DNA of 47,973 nt from Chromera velia (Eukaryota): contig JAHBMJ010000445.1 of assembly GCA_018398765.1 (NCBI GenBank), positions 1-47,973 on the forward strand, read 5' to 3'. The notes below the pieces were generated by a model. That model made no database searches. It saw nothing but the letters and a program-made list of their open reading frames with translations, and was not told the DNA's origin. This document shows positions 36,477-47,973 of the stretch, in pieces; within the stretch, counting starts at the first letter, position 1, and each line of letters begins with the position of its first letter. The position numbers and the translations under genes are program-made.

Positions 36477-38816
36477 TTATCCATCCCATCGGGTGTTTCG
36501 ATCTGAGTAACGCACATCCCAAATTCCTTCGGCATCGGGCGTCCGAAAGCGAAGTGAAGGGAGCCCAGACGGACTCTCGTCAGTCGAGGCCGGAGAGACG
36601 CAGCGGGAACTCTCAAAAGCCAAATCTCCGAGGTCCTCTGCCTGCCCCCAGCTGAAGGTGTCCCCCGTTCTCTGGACAGATCTCTTACCTGCCCCTCCTC
36701 CCCTCTCCCTGTCTCGAGGGAAGGAAGAAGAGACACGCGATCCAGCCGCAAAGGAAGCAAAGGGAAACTCCTCGAGACCCAACAAATCCGGACTGCCATT
36801 AGACTTGGACCAACTTCTCCCTGTACCGCTCTCTCTCGACACGTCCACCCCCCCATTCTTTCCATCTAAAAGTTCTCCCAGAAGAAGGCTGTTTTCCCCC
36901 TCAAACCCCTGAACAGATTCAAGCTGATCTAAAAAATCCGGTTTGCACTCAAATGCCCCAACCATCTCATCATCCCCTCCCCCTTCTTCCTTTGAAATGC
37001 CCAACAAATCCCGAAAACCCACAATCTTCCAGCAATGCAACATCAGTCGGCCTGTCTCCCCCTCTTCCGAAGGAACCAGAGAAACGTCCGGATGGTGTTC
37101 CATCCGTCTGCTTCTCTGATAAAGAACATCTCCCACTACGGGACGACCCAGGGCAGCTGCGTGTAGACGAAGTTGGTGTCGTACAGTTGTTAGAGGCATC
37201 ATCTCTGCCACACTCACCTCCACTCCGCTGATGCGAGCGTGTGCTCGAACAGCAATTAGAGAGAGGGCCTCTCTCCCTTCACGTCTGGATCCGGAAAGCC
37301 GACTCTCTTCGAACCCCGGAGAGGGCCGACAGATAGGAGCCCGGCAGACGATCACACCGGCGTTCGAATACAGTGGCAGATATCCGTTTAGAACTGCCAG
37401 GAAGACACGATGAATCGAGTGCTCAGGCGGAACGAAACGGGGCGTGTGGAGACTCAAATGGCGATGCAGCACTGCAAGGGACCTGTCCACATGCAGACAT
37501 GCAGGGAGAGAGACAGGAGCACAAAAGAAAGAATTAATTTCATTTCGTCTTACAGGATCGACGTGAGTGAGACAGCGAAGCGGCAGCAGCACCATTCCCT
37601 ATCCATCTCTTCCTGTCTGTCTCTCTGCTTTCCTGGCTGCTCACTCCCCTCAGCATGACGGAGAACTTCAATGTGTTCCTGTCCAACAAGTCCAGTGAGT
37701 GAAACAGCCAGGAGGCACAGGGTCGGTCAGTCAATTCGTCAGGAAGGTAGTTTGCTTGTCAACAAAGTCCGGAAGAGAGTCAAGCCATTCATTCCTTCAG
37801 TCAGCCAGTAAGTAAGTCAGGCAGCTGGAAAATGGGTCATTCAGTCTCGTAGGTAGGCAGGCAGGCAGTCGGCCACTCAGAGAACGAATGAACACGCCAG
37901 CCCCATTTCGTCGCTTCGGCAATCAGTCACCCATGCAGTCTGTCTGTGCGTGTGAATACCATTCAATTACATGAAGTCTGTCAGGTCAACGTCAAACTCT
38001 CCTCTAATATGGTGCGCGCATCTTTTTGGCAACTTCGTTTCTTCCACTTTCCACCCGTCTCCGGCCATCTTTGCTTCGCCCAACCACCTTCATTCATCCA
38101 TTTTTGCATCCATCGGTCCATTTGTCCATCTATCCATCAAACGGTTCACTTGTCCACCCATCCATTGATTTCGCGGTAGTCAATCAAGTCAGTCCACTCA
38201 CTCACGTGTTCGTACTGGCCAGGATCATCAGCCCCGACGTCGGAGCGTCCAGTTGAAACTGCAGGGGGTTGACGGGGTGGGAAAAGAGGGGCTCCTCCTT
38301 TTCCAGAGGCCCCCCCCAAGAGACCTGACTCGCCCTGATGTGGGGCCACTTGTTGACGAGTGCAGGGTGGAGTCTGGGGTCGTCTGGGTGGAGTTTGGGG
38401 GGCTGTAAGGGGGGATGGGGCGATCTCTCCAGGAGAGACGCGTAAATGTCAGACCGTCGCACCATCTCGAGGAGACAGGTAGGATCAGACGGACCTCCAG
38501 TCTCCTCCATCCCCACAACACCTGCTGCTGCAGCAGCTGACACGCAGGTGTCAAAAGTCGGAGCCGAATTGCTGAGTCTTCTCCGCGATTTGACTTTTGG
38601 GCCTCGCGGATAGCCGGCGATGGGCACGCCTGGGGGCTGCAAACAATGGAAAAGGAGACGGCAAACATTCAACAAGTAACACTGTTCGCATTTGATTTGT
38701 GATCCCACCCGCTTTACTCATACAAGAATTTCTCTCACCTTCTCAACAATAGACAAGCGACGTGTAGCCACCAAAAACTTCAAATGAGGCCCCGACAGCC
38801 ACATAGACGGTTTCAT
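36477..38816 (-). CDS. RluA/RluD-family pseudouridine synthase-like protein, multi-exon, divergent
   Basis: Exon 1 (38739-38816) spliced to the exon at ~38637 gives LKFLVATRRLSIVEKPPG (motif I). The last exon has HRVFLAVLNG, REALS, PLTTVRHQLRLHAAALGRPVVGDVLY and RLMLHCWKI. Internal exons are uncertain. Confidence 0.8.
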
Positions 38817-39432
38817 TCTCTTCCTATTTTTTTCTGGCGTCTCCGGGGTTTCGCAAAGCAAGCGAGGATGTTTTCTGACGACACCGCAGCAAAATGATTC
38901 TGTGAGCTATTGTGCGCTGGGGAGAAGTCTAGCGACTATGAGGGCAAACCGGAGAAGTGTGGAACTTTCCTAGCGTATACAGAGATGTACACGTACAGAG
39001 GCAGAGCCAGCTAGAGTTCAATACATGCATGGCGAACGCTGGCGTGCAGTGATGTGATCGCGATAGAAAGAAGTACATCCGTGTTGACTGGGAGGGAGTT
39101 GATGGAGACGAATCCGCGTTTCGTGCTCATGGGAAGAACAAAAAAAGCTGGAACCGACAAATCCAGACGGTAAAGAAGAAGAAGGGGGCGGCAGGCCTCA
39201 AAAAAGGAGTGGAGCCCACGGCTCTGGAGCTATATATCGACTATGAAGTAGAATTTTAAGTGCAGTTTCAAGCCAGTTTGACCTGAAGGGATAACCGGCA
39301 TCGACTGTGATCGATGATTGAGGGTTTTTTCATGCATGCCGCGTCCCCATATATGAGAGGCGGATCTAACCTAGTTTGTCGATTTGTTCCATCCTACGAC
39401 TACCAGCGACGAAAATAGGCGTGACTTCGATC

Positions 39433-39891
39433 TGTGACGGGAAACGTTACCTAGAACAGACTAGAACAGTCAGGTAACGAAAATGGGTAACGCTCAAACA
39501 GCTAAACGGGAAGTCTGACCTACCGGGTCGCAGTCCTCAGTTCAGACAGGAAAATCTATTCAGTAACGACAGAGAAATTTAAGGAGACGGCAATCTAGAA
39601 TTCACTTAAACGAAGACTGCACGTTCGATCCAATGCGCGGGACTTCGACACTCTAAACGTGACACACAGACTGATCAGACTGCCATCTGAGGATGCTCGC
39701 TGTCATGAACCGACTGAGCAGACCAAGCCTTCGTACAGTCTTACTATTCGATCAAGGAGTCAGACGTTAATACACTCAAACATGCGATCACGCCGCTCGC
39801 AATACTTTTTACTCGCGCGGATGGCTGGCGCGCTCGCAGAACGCTCGGCACCCACCTGACGCACGCTTGGATGCATGCGTTTACTCTCACA
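39433..39891 (-). repeat. Copia 3' LTR
   Basis: Direct repeat of 45393-45851 with 23 mismatches and no indels. Confidence 0.97.
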
Positions 39892-41154
39892 AATCACCCC
39901 CTGTCTGAACTGAACACAAACAGGATGACAGACTAAAAGAGAGAAACGCTTAACTGCAACGAAGGAACTTGGTCTGTCTGTCTGCACGCATTGACCCAGT
40001 TTCGATCCAACAAACCTTTGTTCCCAACTCCATCAAATTTTCTAAAACGTACTCCAACTCCCCCTGCATTTTTGGCTTGCTTTTGCACTGTTTGGAACCA
40101 ATCTGATGCATCAGCGGCTGAGAGTCAGTCACCACCACAACCGGAGGCATCTCACCCCACAACTTTCGAACGAAATAAATGAATAACCAGGACATCTTCA
40201 CTGCGTCTCTTATTGCAAGAAGCTCTGCAGAAGTTGTAAACCCCAGCTTTCTTCCTATCTTCCTGCTCAGTCAATACACAGTGTTGTGCTCACCGATCTC
40301 ATCAAGATTGGTAAGCTCTCCTTCATCAACCAACTGCATCTCGACGCCCAGTCTACCCTCTTTCTTGTGCAATTGATAAGACGCATCCCCCCACACCAAC
40401 AGAACTGGAAAGGAGGGAATAGAACGAAGAGATAGAGGACGGGAAGTCTTAAATGCATGCCAGAGAGCCTTCTCATTCGCAAGAACGGACTCACGAGACG
40501 GACGGGAATTGAAGTGGGAAAGGTGGGAAAACAAGAAGGAAAGAGAAGGTTAGGTCTTAACAGCCCACCCCAAACACCCCATATTCTTTTGTTGCTGTTC
40601 CTGTAAGGACATGTCAGTCTCTGCAGTCTCAAGCAACAGGAGATCTTTCTCAGTCAAGGGCTTCTTTGCCTCTTCACTCACTCCCTTCACCATTCCCTCA
40701 ATATACGTGGACTGGTCAAGCAACATCTCACCAGGACGCATCCAAATGGACATGCCCACATAAGAATAAAGCTCTCTATTGTCGATTCTCTCTGGCTGAT
40801 CTGTGTCAAAAAGCTCCTGGATTTGCTTCACGTCTTCGTTAACGGAAGGAGAAAAAATGAAGAGATCATCAACATGTATAACAAGCAAAGCAACGATCTC
40901 ACCTTTCTTGTTCTTTTTGACCAAAATCGACTCAGCAATCTCAGTCCACCCCAGGCTGCTAACCTTCTTCTTGAAGTAACTCGTGTACACCTTTGGGGCA
41001 TCTTTCAGGCCGTAAACAGCCCTCTGAATGCGAACGAAGACGCCAGCATGGAGGCCGGGATAGACCTCTACAGGGAGGTTAGACGGAAGGCACAGCCACA
41101 CTGCATTTTTCATGGGCGCCTGCAGGAACGCAGTTAACACGTCTATTTTGGCTG

Positions 41155-41386
41155 CGCAGCCCATCTACTCGGGAATTTTTGGTACCAGAACTTTAAAACC
41201 CCTGCCAAATTTTCCCTTTTTTGCCCCCCCTTTGCCAAACTTTCCCACAAAGGCTCAAATAAGGCAAAAAACACTGTTAAAATCAAAACATCTGACCCAT
41301 CGAAGGCTGATTTTCTCTAGTCTTTAATACCAAATATTCCCGAGCTGAAGACCCCTTACCAATTTTTCTAAAGTGGATGGGCCGCG
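41155..41386. mobile_element. 232-bp hAT-type MITE inserted in the Copia RT
   Basis: TIRs CGCAGCCCATCTAC / GTGGATGGGCCGCG (2 mismatches); perfect 8-bp TSD TTTGGCTG (41147-41154, 41387-41394). Removal restores the RT frame GL*AAKIDV. An inner inverted repeat CTCGGGAATWTTTGGTA is also present. Confidence 0.9.
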
Positions 41387-44300
41387 TTTGGCTGCCTATA
41401 GACCTTTTGAGACGGCCCAGAGGAAGGCAACTCTAGCCAGACTTGCGTCTGCTGTGCCAGAGTAGGTCTTAAGCACCGACCAATCACGAGAGTCTTGGAA
41501 CCCTCTCACTACGAGACGAGACTTTGTAACCCTCTTTCCCTCCTTCAACTTCCAGGTCCTCACCCACCGAAGGGTAATCGCCTTGACCCCCTTCTCCATC
41601 TGCAGTGTCTATGTAGAGAGATCAAATACAGAACAGAGACACCAATGAGCGAGTTCCTTTCGATCGGACTCTTTGAAGAGACCCTGTGCAATCTCTTCCT
41701 CGGTGGCAAGAATGTGCCCCTTCGCATCGTTCTCTCTCGCTAGCAACTTGCGCGCCCTCTCACCTTTCATCACTGCACACGCAATCTCAAAGTGCGTGTT
41801 GAGGGCTTTTGCAATCTGTGCTTCCTTTATCTCTCTCCTTCTCCTTCTGCACTCACGGATCTGATTCCTCCTCTGAGATTTGGACATCTCAGACCACCGA
41901 AAGAATTCGGCGGTATTTGCTTCCTCGGCTGCCTGGTTGGCAACGACATCAACGTCTACCGGGACTTGAAGTCAGGACAGGGGGAACAGGATCAGGCACA
42001 GGAGGTGCCTACTCAGTAAGTCTGTCAAGCACAGCAGGGGGAAGCTGTCCATCAGCGGGGAGCTCGAACCGCTCCACAATGTCTTTCTGCTTTACTGTCT
42101 CCAGCTCGGCAGGAAAGAAACTTCCATCATCCCTCTGCTTCAACCGTGCTGCTGTGATGCTCCTGACTTGCTTTTCCCCCTCCCTTATAATCTGCCCTGG
42201 GAACAGGGCCCCATCTGACCATCGGGTAAGAACACCCTGCAAACGAGGCACGCGAACGCCTCGGGGAGAACGAGGGAGCTAACGGACTGGATGAGAAACA
42301 TCCTCATCAGACGCCTCATCCCCAGTCTCTGCATTGTCTGCATCTGACCGGTTGTCTTCTTCTCCCCAACCAACCCAAACGGATCCTCTCCCCACAACGG
42401 AATCTGTCTCCCTCTCTGCAACCACATCGCTTCTGCCATCTTCGTCAAAATCAATATGCTCCACCCCTAACCACGACTCCATCTGAATGTGGCTGGGGTG
42501 AACGCGAAGAGGCCTCCATTGTCTCCCTCTCCGAATCAACACAGAGACGGACTGTGGACTGATCACCCCCCCGAAAAGAGCTCTCTCACTCTTTTCAACA
42601 GGACCGCCAGCAACGAAACGCTGACGACGAGAGGGATCGGACAAGCGAACAACATCCCCCAGGGCAACAGGAGGCACCCCCGAACGCACACCAAAAAGAG
42701 CATAATTCGGGGAAAGGCCAGTCGAGCCGTGAACAACCTCATTCAGAGAATTGGCAATTCCAGGGATGAAGACAGGCCAGAGATAAAAGGAAAGAGAACG
42801 CTGAAAGAGAACTTTGTTCAAAAGAGAAAAGAAATCGTCATTCACTCTCTCAACAAATGCCTGCACTTCGGGAGTGAGAGGAGGACCGAACTGAGTTGCA
42901 ATCCCCCCTCCCTTAACTGACGAACAAAATGAGAGGTAGAGATTAGAAATGAACTCACCTCCATTGTCTGAGTGCACAACCTTCAGCTCCCCCTTGCCGG
43001 CTTTCTCCCACCAACAAGTCCAGGAGATCAGGTGACGCACTGCGTGATCTTTCGACCGCAGCGCCCACAACGATTTCCTTTGTGTCTGCAAATTAACAAT
43101 GACAGACATGTAACGAAACCTCCCGATCCCCTTTCTCTTCATATCTTTCAGGTCGTGGTAGATGTCGGCATTGAACTGCCCCCCCGGACCCGCAGGCTCT
43201 GGCTCCTTTTCCTCATCGTCCTCATGAACAGAAGACTCATCCCCCTTGCGAGAACGCTTTCGCGTCCCCGCTGCTGCACCTCTTCTCTTCAACTTTCTCC
43301 TCCGAAAGTTCACAACATGACACGCCTTACACGTGTCTCTCACCTCTTTACACTCTTTCACAGAAAATTGCACCCCCAGCCCCTTCTCCTTCAATGTGGC
43401 CTCCAAACGCTGCCCAGTCGCATGACCGAGACGGGAGTGAAGGACAAACAAAAGGTGCGATCTGTTCTCAGGAGAAATCTCTGCCTGCCCAGAGAGAGCA
43501 AACTGTCGGAGGGGATAAGGAGAAACAGAAGGACAAACGTTGGCAGCAACAACCGCTTCCTCAACCTTCGCAAGATAGAGAATTGAAACATTGCCCGTCT
43601 GATCAACAGGAGAACAAAACCTCTCCCCATGCACATCCTTCAACCAAACCCACCCAGGTTTAGAGGGACTTTCCTCCCCTGGGAGAGACAACTTTCTTCT
43701 CCCACAAGCAAACAACGGACGACCGATTGACTCGTGACTACACCCTTCCTCAGAAACGATGCGCATACCATCCCATTCATCGACAAACGGAAGGACCTGG
43801 TGAAATGTCTTGACCCCTCTCACAGAGAGGGGGGCAGCATCAGAGGCGAGACGAAACGAGACAGCCTGGTCAACATACGAAACAACATACCTGTCAAACA
43901 AGGGAGGAACGAGACTCTTCGAGGCCCTGGAATCGGCAATCATCTCTCCATCGTCTTCCCCCGTCACACTGACAAAGGATTCAACAGACGTGACGACTCT
44001 CACTTTATCCGTTTCCCCGCCAAACTCCCATCCCCTCTTCTCGGCATTCCGCAAGGTTGCCCTCACGAAACGCCCACTGCCAGCCTTCTCACTGGCTCCT
44101 GCCCCCCCCCAGCGGCTGGACTGGAACTGGGGGGGGGTGGCCCAGGGGCCATTTAAAAATCCTGGTCTGTGAAAGTCCTCTGGGGAACCTCATGGAGCTC
44201 GAACATGGTCCCTTTCTGCACCCTCACCCCTGCAGCTGCTGCCTGCTGCTGCTTCTGTTTCTTCAGCGGACAGCACTTAGCATAGTGCCCCGTCTGATTA

Positions 44301-45392
44301 CATTTGGGGACAGAGCACCTGACATTCTTGGCGGGGCAACCCTTTGCCTCGTCATAGTGCTTCAGGTGCCCGCAGTTGGGACAGGGGCGAGAGGACGAAC
44401 TCGAGCCACCCTGACTGGAAGCAGCAACGGCACCTGCATTTCCGTCTCTGTCTCCTGAAGACTGAAACGATGTCTCCCTCTTCTTTCCTTTCTTCTCCTT
44501 CCCCCCTTTCCCTTTTTCAGACCCCCCACGCAAACCTGAGGCAGCTGCCCTATACTTATGATGGGGACGGGGAGAGGAGGAACGGGAACCCTGCCCCTTG
44601 ATGGCGACTTTCACTGCAAGCAACTCTGCCGCCTCTACTTTCCTCTCAACGAAAGGAAGAATCTCGTCGTACGTCAATGCGGCGATCTTTTTGTCATGCT
44701 TTTCGGTGGCCTTCTCCGAGGCATCAGTATACTTAAACTTCAACTTGAAGTTGGTGAGTACATTCTCAAGGGCCCTCTTCTTCAGGTCGTCGGGTGCAGT
44801 GTAACCTGCCTTGCCTCCATCTCGGAGGCACTTCTTCAGACGACCGACGGCAGACACAATGTCCTCCTTCCCCAAATTCCTTCGGAGAGCAAGGAGTTTC
44901 TCCTGAGAGGACTTTGCACCGATCTCCTTCTTCTCGGTGGCTACGTCAGAGACGGCCTCCAAGAGAACGGCACACTCCTTCCCCTCTCCCACAGCAACAG
45001 AGACCTCATGAACGAGGTCAGGGTCCTTCCTCAGACCCCAGAGGAGGGAAAGCTTCCAAAGAGACACCTGGTCCGCCTTATCCGGAACGTGTTTGGCGGC
45101 CAGCATGTACTCGGCGATTCCTTCCAGAGCCGAAACTCCTTCCGGAAGATGGCCTTGAGGTTCTCATCCTTAGACAACAGAACGGTGGCAAACGAAACTT
45201 TGCACTCGAAAGGATTAACCCAGTACAGATCAGGCAACTTGATCGTCTGTATGTCTAGAGCACCGCCTGCACTGCCACCAGATGTATTCGCCATGTTGGA
45301 AGGAACAGCAAAAAAACAGAAGAGGAATCAGGAGATAGATCAACGTAGATCAAGGGATAAAATGAAGTGCCCACGCCTAGGAACAGCAAATT

Positions 45393-45851
45393 TGTGACGG
45401 GAAACGTTACCTAGAACAGACTAGAACAGTCAGGTAACGAAAATAGGTAACGCTCAAACAGCTAAACGGGAAGTCTGACCTACCGGGTCGTAGTCCTCAG
45501 TCCAGACAGGAAAATCTATTCAGTAACGACAGAGAAATTTAAGGAGACGGCAATCTAGAATCCACTTAAACAAAGACTGCGCGTTCGATCCAATGCGCGG
45601 GACTTCGATGCTCCAAACGTAACATACAGACTGATCAGACTGCCATCTGAAGATGCTTGCTATCATGAACCGACTGAGCAGACCGAGCCTTCGTACAGTC
45701 TTACTGTTCGATCAAGGAGTCAGACGTTAATACACTCAAACATACGATCACGCCGCTCACAATACTTTTCACTCGCGTGGATGGCTGGCGCGCTCGCAGA
45801 ACGCTTGGCGCCCACCTGACGCATGCTTGGATGCATGCGTTTACTCTCACA
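45393..45851 (-). repeat. Copia 5' LTR
   Basis: Direct repeat of 39433-39891. Confidence 0.97.
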
Positions 45852-46059
45852 TAATCACCCTGATACAGCTGATCAATCGCGGCCTCACAACTGTGATCGA
45901 CTTTTATTTCATTGTTTTTGTTTATGTTAAAATCCCGTAAAATCCCGTATAATCCCGTAAAATCCTGGCATTCATTTCTAAAATCCTAGGATCCAGGATT
46001 TTAGTCTTTATAATCCCTAGAGCCAGGATTTTAGATTCTAAAATCACTTAAAGTATAGG

Positions 46060-47520
46060 GTATGAGCCTGCCGGGCAGCGATGCTTACGGATCCACTGGG
46101 CCAAGCGTGCAAGCCGAGCGGCGTAGGCCGCCGGGGCAGAGCGCTTCCATGCGAATCCGATTTCTGCCGTACGCATTTAGCGTCAGCCGAATCAGATCGA
46201 CTCACATCATGCAGAACTAGCTTGTAGTACTGATGCCTAACGCTGCCAACGTGTTATTGCCTAATTGTCGCGCCGCCGCGTGTTTGACGCACGCGCTTAG
46301 TCTGCCAGCCTGCCTTAATCTGCATGGTTTTGGTGCGTACGTCTTTTCACAGACTGACACCGGTGTTGTGATGTGTTGTGTTTCAAAGAGAAACAACAAT
46401 ATCTAAAAGAAGAACCAAACGATTAGTTCTTTTGTGCGTTCTATGAATGGCTCCAGAAATCTTTAGTTATCCTTTAGCAATCCTACAGGGTAGCAGAAGA
46501 GAAAAAGGCTATAGTTGATCATATCCACTCGTGTTGTGGTTACACTGAATGGCTGAAGGGACATTTAGTCAGTTTGTCACTCAGTCCAAGTGTAACGCGC
46601 AGTTCCACGAGCTGTGCTAGGAACTTTTCTTGCAGCGCTCTGTGATGCAGAGACTGGTAGATGAAGTTTGGGAGCCACGGACGCAAGTCGTGCCTCCGAC
46701 CATGGCCGCTGGAGTGGAGACGTCTGCCGGTGAACATCCTCTGTTGCTCGACGGAGAACTGCCTCGAGCCTGCAAGGTGAAGGAGCCCTCCGTCTTTGCA
46801 GAGGATCGGCACGAGGTCTTTGACTGGCTCGAAGACATGAAAGAGTATTGCCAGGGCACGGAAGTGTCAGAGAGTCGATGGCTCTTTGTTTCGAAGAGCT
46901 ATCTGTCGAAGACTCTGAAAAAGTGGGTCTATCGGAAGCAGAAAAGCGTAACTCCCTTCCGTTCATTCCAAGACTTCGCAGAGGCACTGAAAAAGAGGTA
47001 CATCGACCCGCTTGAGCAGGATCACCGCAGGGATGCACTGGAGGAGCTCCAATACTTGAAAGCACAGGGCATGGAGAGCTTTGGGAACGCCTTCCTGGAT
47101 CTAGCAAAAGAGATCAAAGACACATCGACCCCTGCTGATCTCATCCATACCTTCAAGAAGGCCATCCCCGATGCGATTTGCCTCGAGGTGAACAAGAAAG
47201 CTCTTTTCACTCTCAAAGAGGCAGTGGAGGCGGCTTGTATCACAGCGGAGACTTTGGAAGGAAGGGGTAGGAACCAAAAGAGGCACGCTCAGACTGGGGG
47301 CAGCAGACCGAACGGAAAGCACCAGGGTGGGTCCAACTCTGACGGACTTGTTCCCATGCAGCTGGATGCCATGTGCTCTCTTTCTTCAAAAGAGAGAGCC
47401 GAACTGATATGACAAGGACAGTGCTTCCTCTGCAAGCAGAAGGGATATGAGAAGAAAGATTGTCCATCCAACAGAGTGGACTCCAAAGTAGGACTTAGTG
47501 AAATCCAAAGTAACTTTTAA
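46060..47520 (+). mobile_element. Ty3/Gypsy remnant: putative 5' LTR ending at 46487, PBS-like site and gag pseudogene (~46630-47470); no pol recognised in the window
   Basis: Gag features VFDWLEDM, SFQDFAEALKKRY, TLKEAVEAA, PMQLD; TGA at 47410, then CFLCKQKGYEKKDC (degenerate Zn knuckle). CCTACA|GGGTAGCAGAAG resembles an LTR end followed by an iMet PBS. The LTR start is uncertain. Confidence 0.8.
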
Positions 47521-47973
47521 ATTTACTATATTCTAGCTTCATTATAAAGTAAAACTAGGTTACTTGAAGCAATCTAGAGTCTTTTAAAGCATTTAAAATC
47601 GTTACTCCTGTGCAAATCTGCTTAAATGTGCTCAAAAGACTGGTTGATTAGCCAGGGTGCATGGTGGGGAAAAATTATGATCACCGCGGTACGTAGAAGT
47701 TAATGAATATTACCTGCAAAGAAATACACAGGCACAACACTAATGGATACGCTCAAAAGCAACATTTAGCGCCACCAATCAACTACAAAGAATTGCTTCT
47801 TCTGCAAGGGAAACAGTGCAGGAAAGAGGGCTTCACAGCTAGGCTGGTCAGACCGGACAGGAGACGGTCAGCAGGGGTCGGAGAGAACAGAGCACAGAGA
47901 CAACATAATGCTATTCACAAAGAACTCACACTACATGGCGCAAAAGCTTGCAACTCGTTCTGCGTATATCAAT

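Larger units (their letters stand above)
39433..45851 (-). mobile_element. Full-length Ty1/Copia LTR retrotransposon, inactivated
   Basis: 459-bp TGT..ACA LTRs. Gag with Zn knuckles (44153-45294); protease ADSRAS; LHSRLGH..CKAC; integrase [47 protein letters not shown]; RNase H GDASY, TDS, ADRQTK, all in Copia order. PPT-like GGGGGTG before the 3' LTR; TSD CGATC/TAATC. Confidence 0.96.
39315..45889 (-). mobile_element. ~150-bp retroposon (SINE or 3' tail of a LINE; 39315-39432 plus 45857-45889) split by the Copia insertion
   Basis: Perfect 11-bp direct repeat ACTGTGATCGA at 39304-39314 and 45890-45900; minus-strand 3' end AAAAAACCCTCAATCA shared with 33577-33614. Confidence 0.7.

Noticed and set aside
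13820..38816. PUS10 and the RluA-like gene as a functional cluster
   Set aside because: They belong to different families and lie 17 kb apart with an unrelated gene and transposons between them; there is no evidence beyond coincidence.
46054..46062. TATAGGG as the mutated TGTAGG start of the Gypsy LTR
   Set aside because: The same TATAGGGTA ends an AT-rich repeat near 34243, so it may be a MITE terminus; the LTR start is left unresolved.

Overview
Eukaryotic nuclear DNA: intron-rich genes with microsatellite-filled introns and TGCATGCA motifs. The style suggests a chromerid alveolate such as Chromera; this is an inference and was not verified. Four host genes are supportable: a Nup88/Nup82-like nucleoporin (minus strand, running off the left edge), PUS10 (minus), a GDP-fucose transporter (plus) and an RluA-family pseudouridine synthase (minus). 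They are separated by three transposon clusters. (1) 5.7-13.4 kb: a CRE-like RT-RLE non-LTR element whose reconstructed single ORF begins with a multi-transmembrane region and a UBA-like motif, capped by a 10-bp tandem array and bracketed by two copies of a TA-flanked MITE. (2) 23.9-36.2 kb: a nest of Penelope-like retroelements. One reconstructs to a ~1,500-aa ORF with an unknown N-terminal extension, an N-terminal GIY-YIG nuclease and an RT. A second, divergent RT is inserted into it, and an inverted 5'-truncated copy, hAT-type elements and an LTR remnant lie alongside. (3) 39.3-47.5 kb: a complete but mutated Copia nested in a short retroposon, plus a Gypsy gag remnant. Across the repeats, lesions are dominated by C>T/G>A transitions (23 of 23 LTR differences, 20 at CpG or CpA), suggesting a RIP-like or methylation-driven repeat-mutating process. 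All translations, alignments and counts were done by eye, with no database searches.
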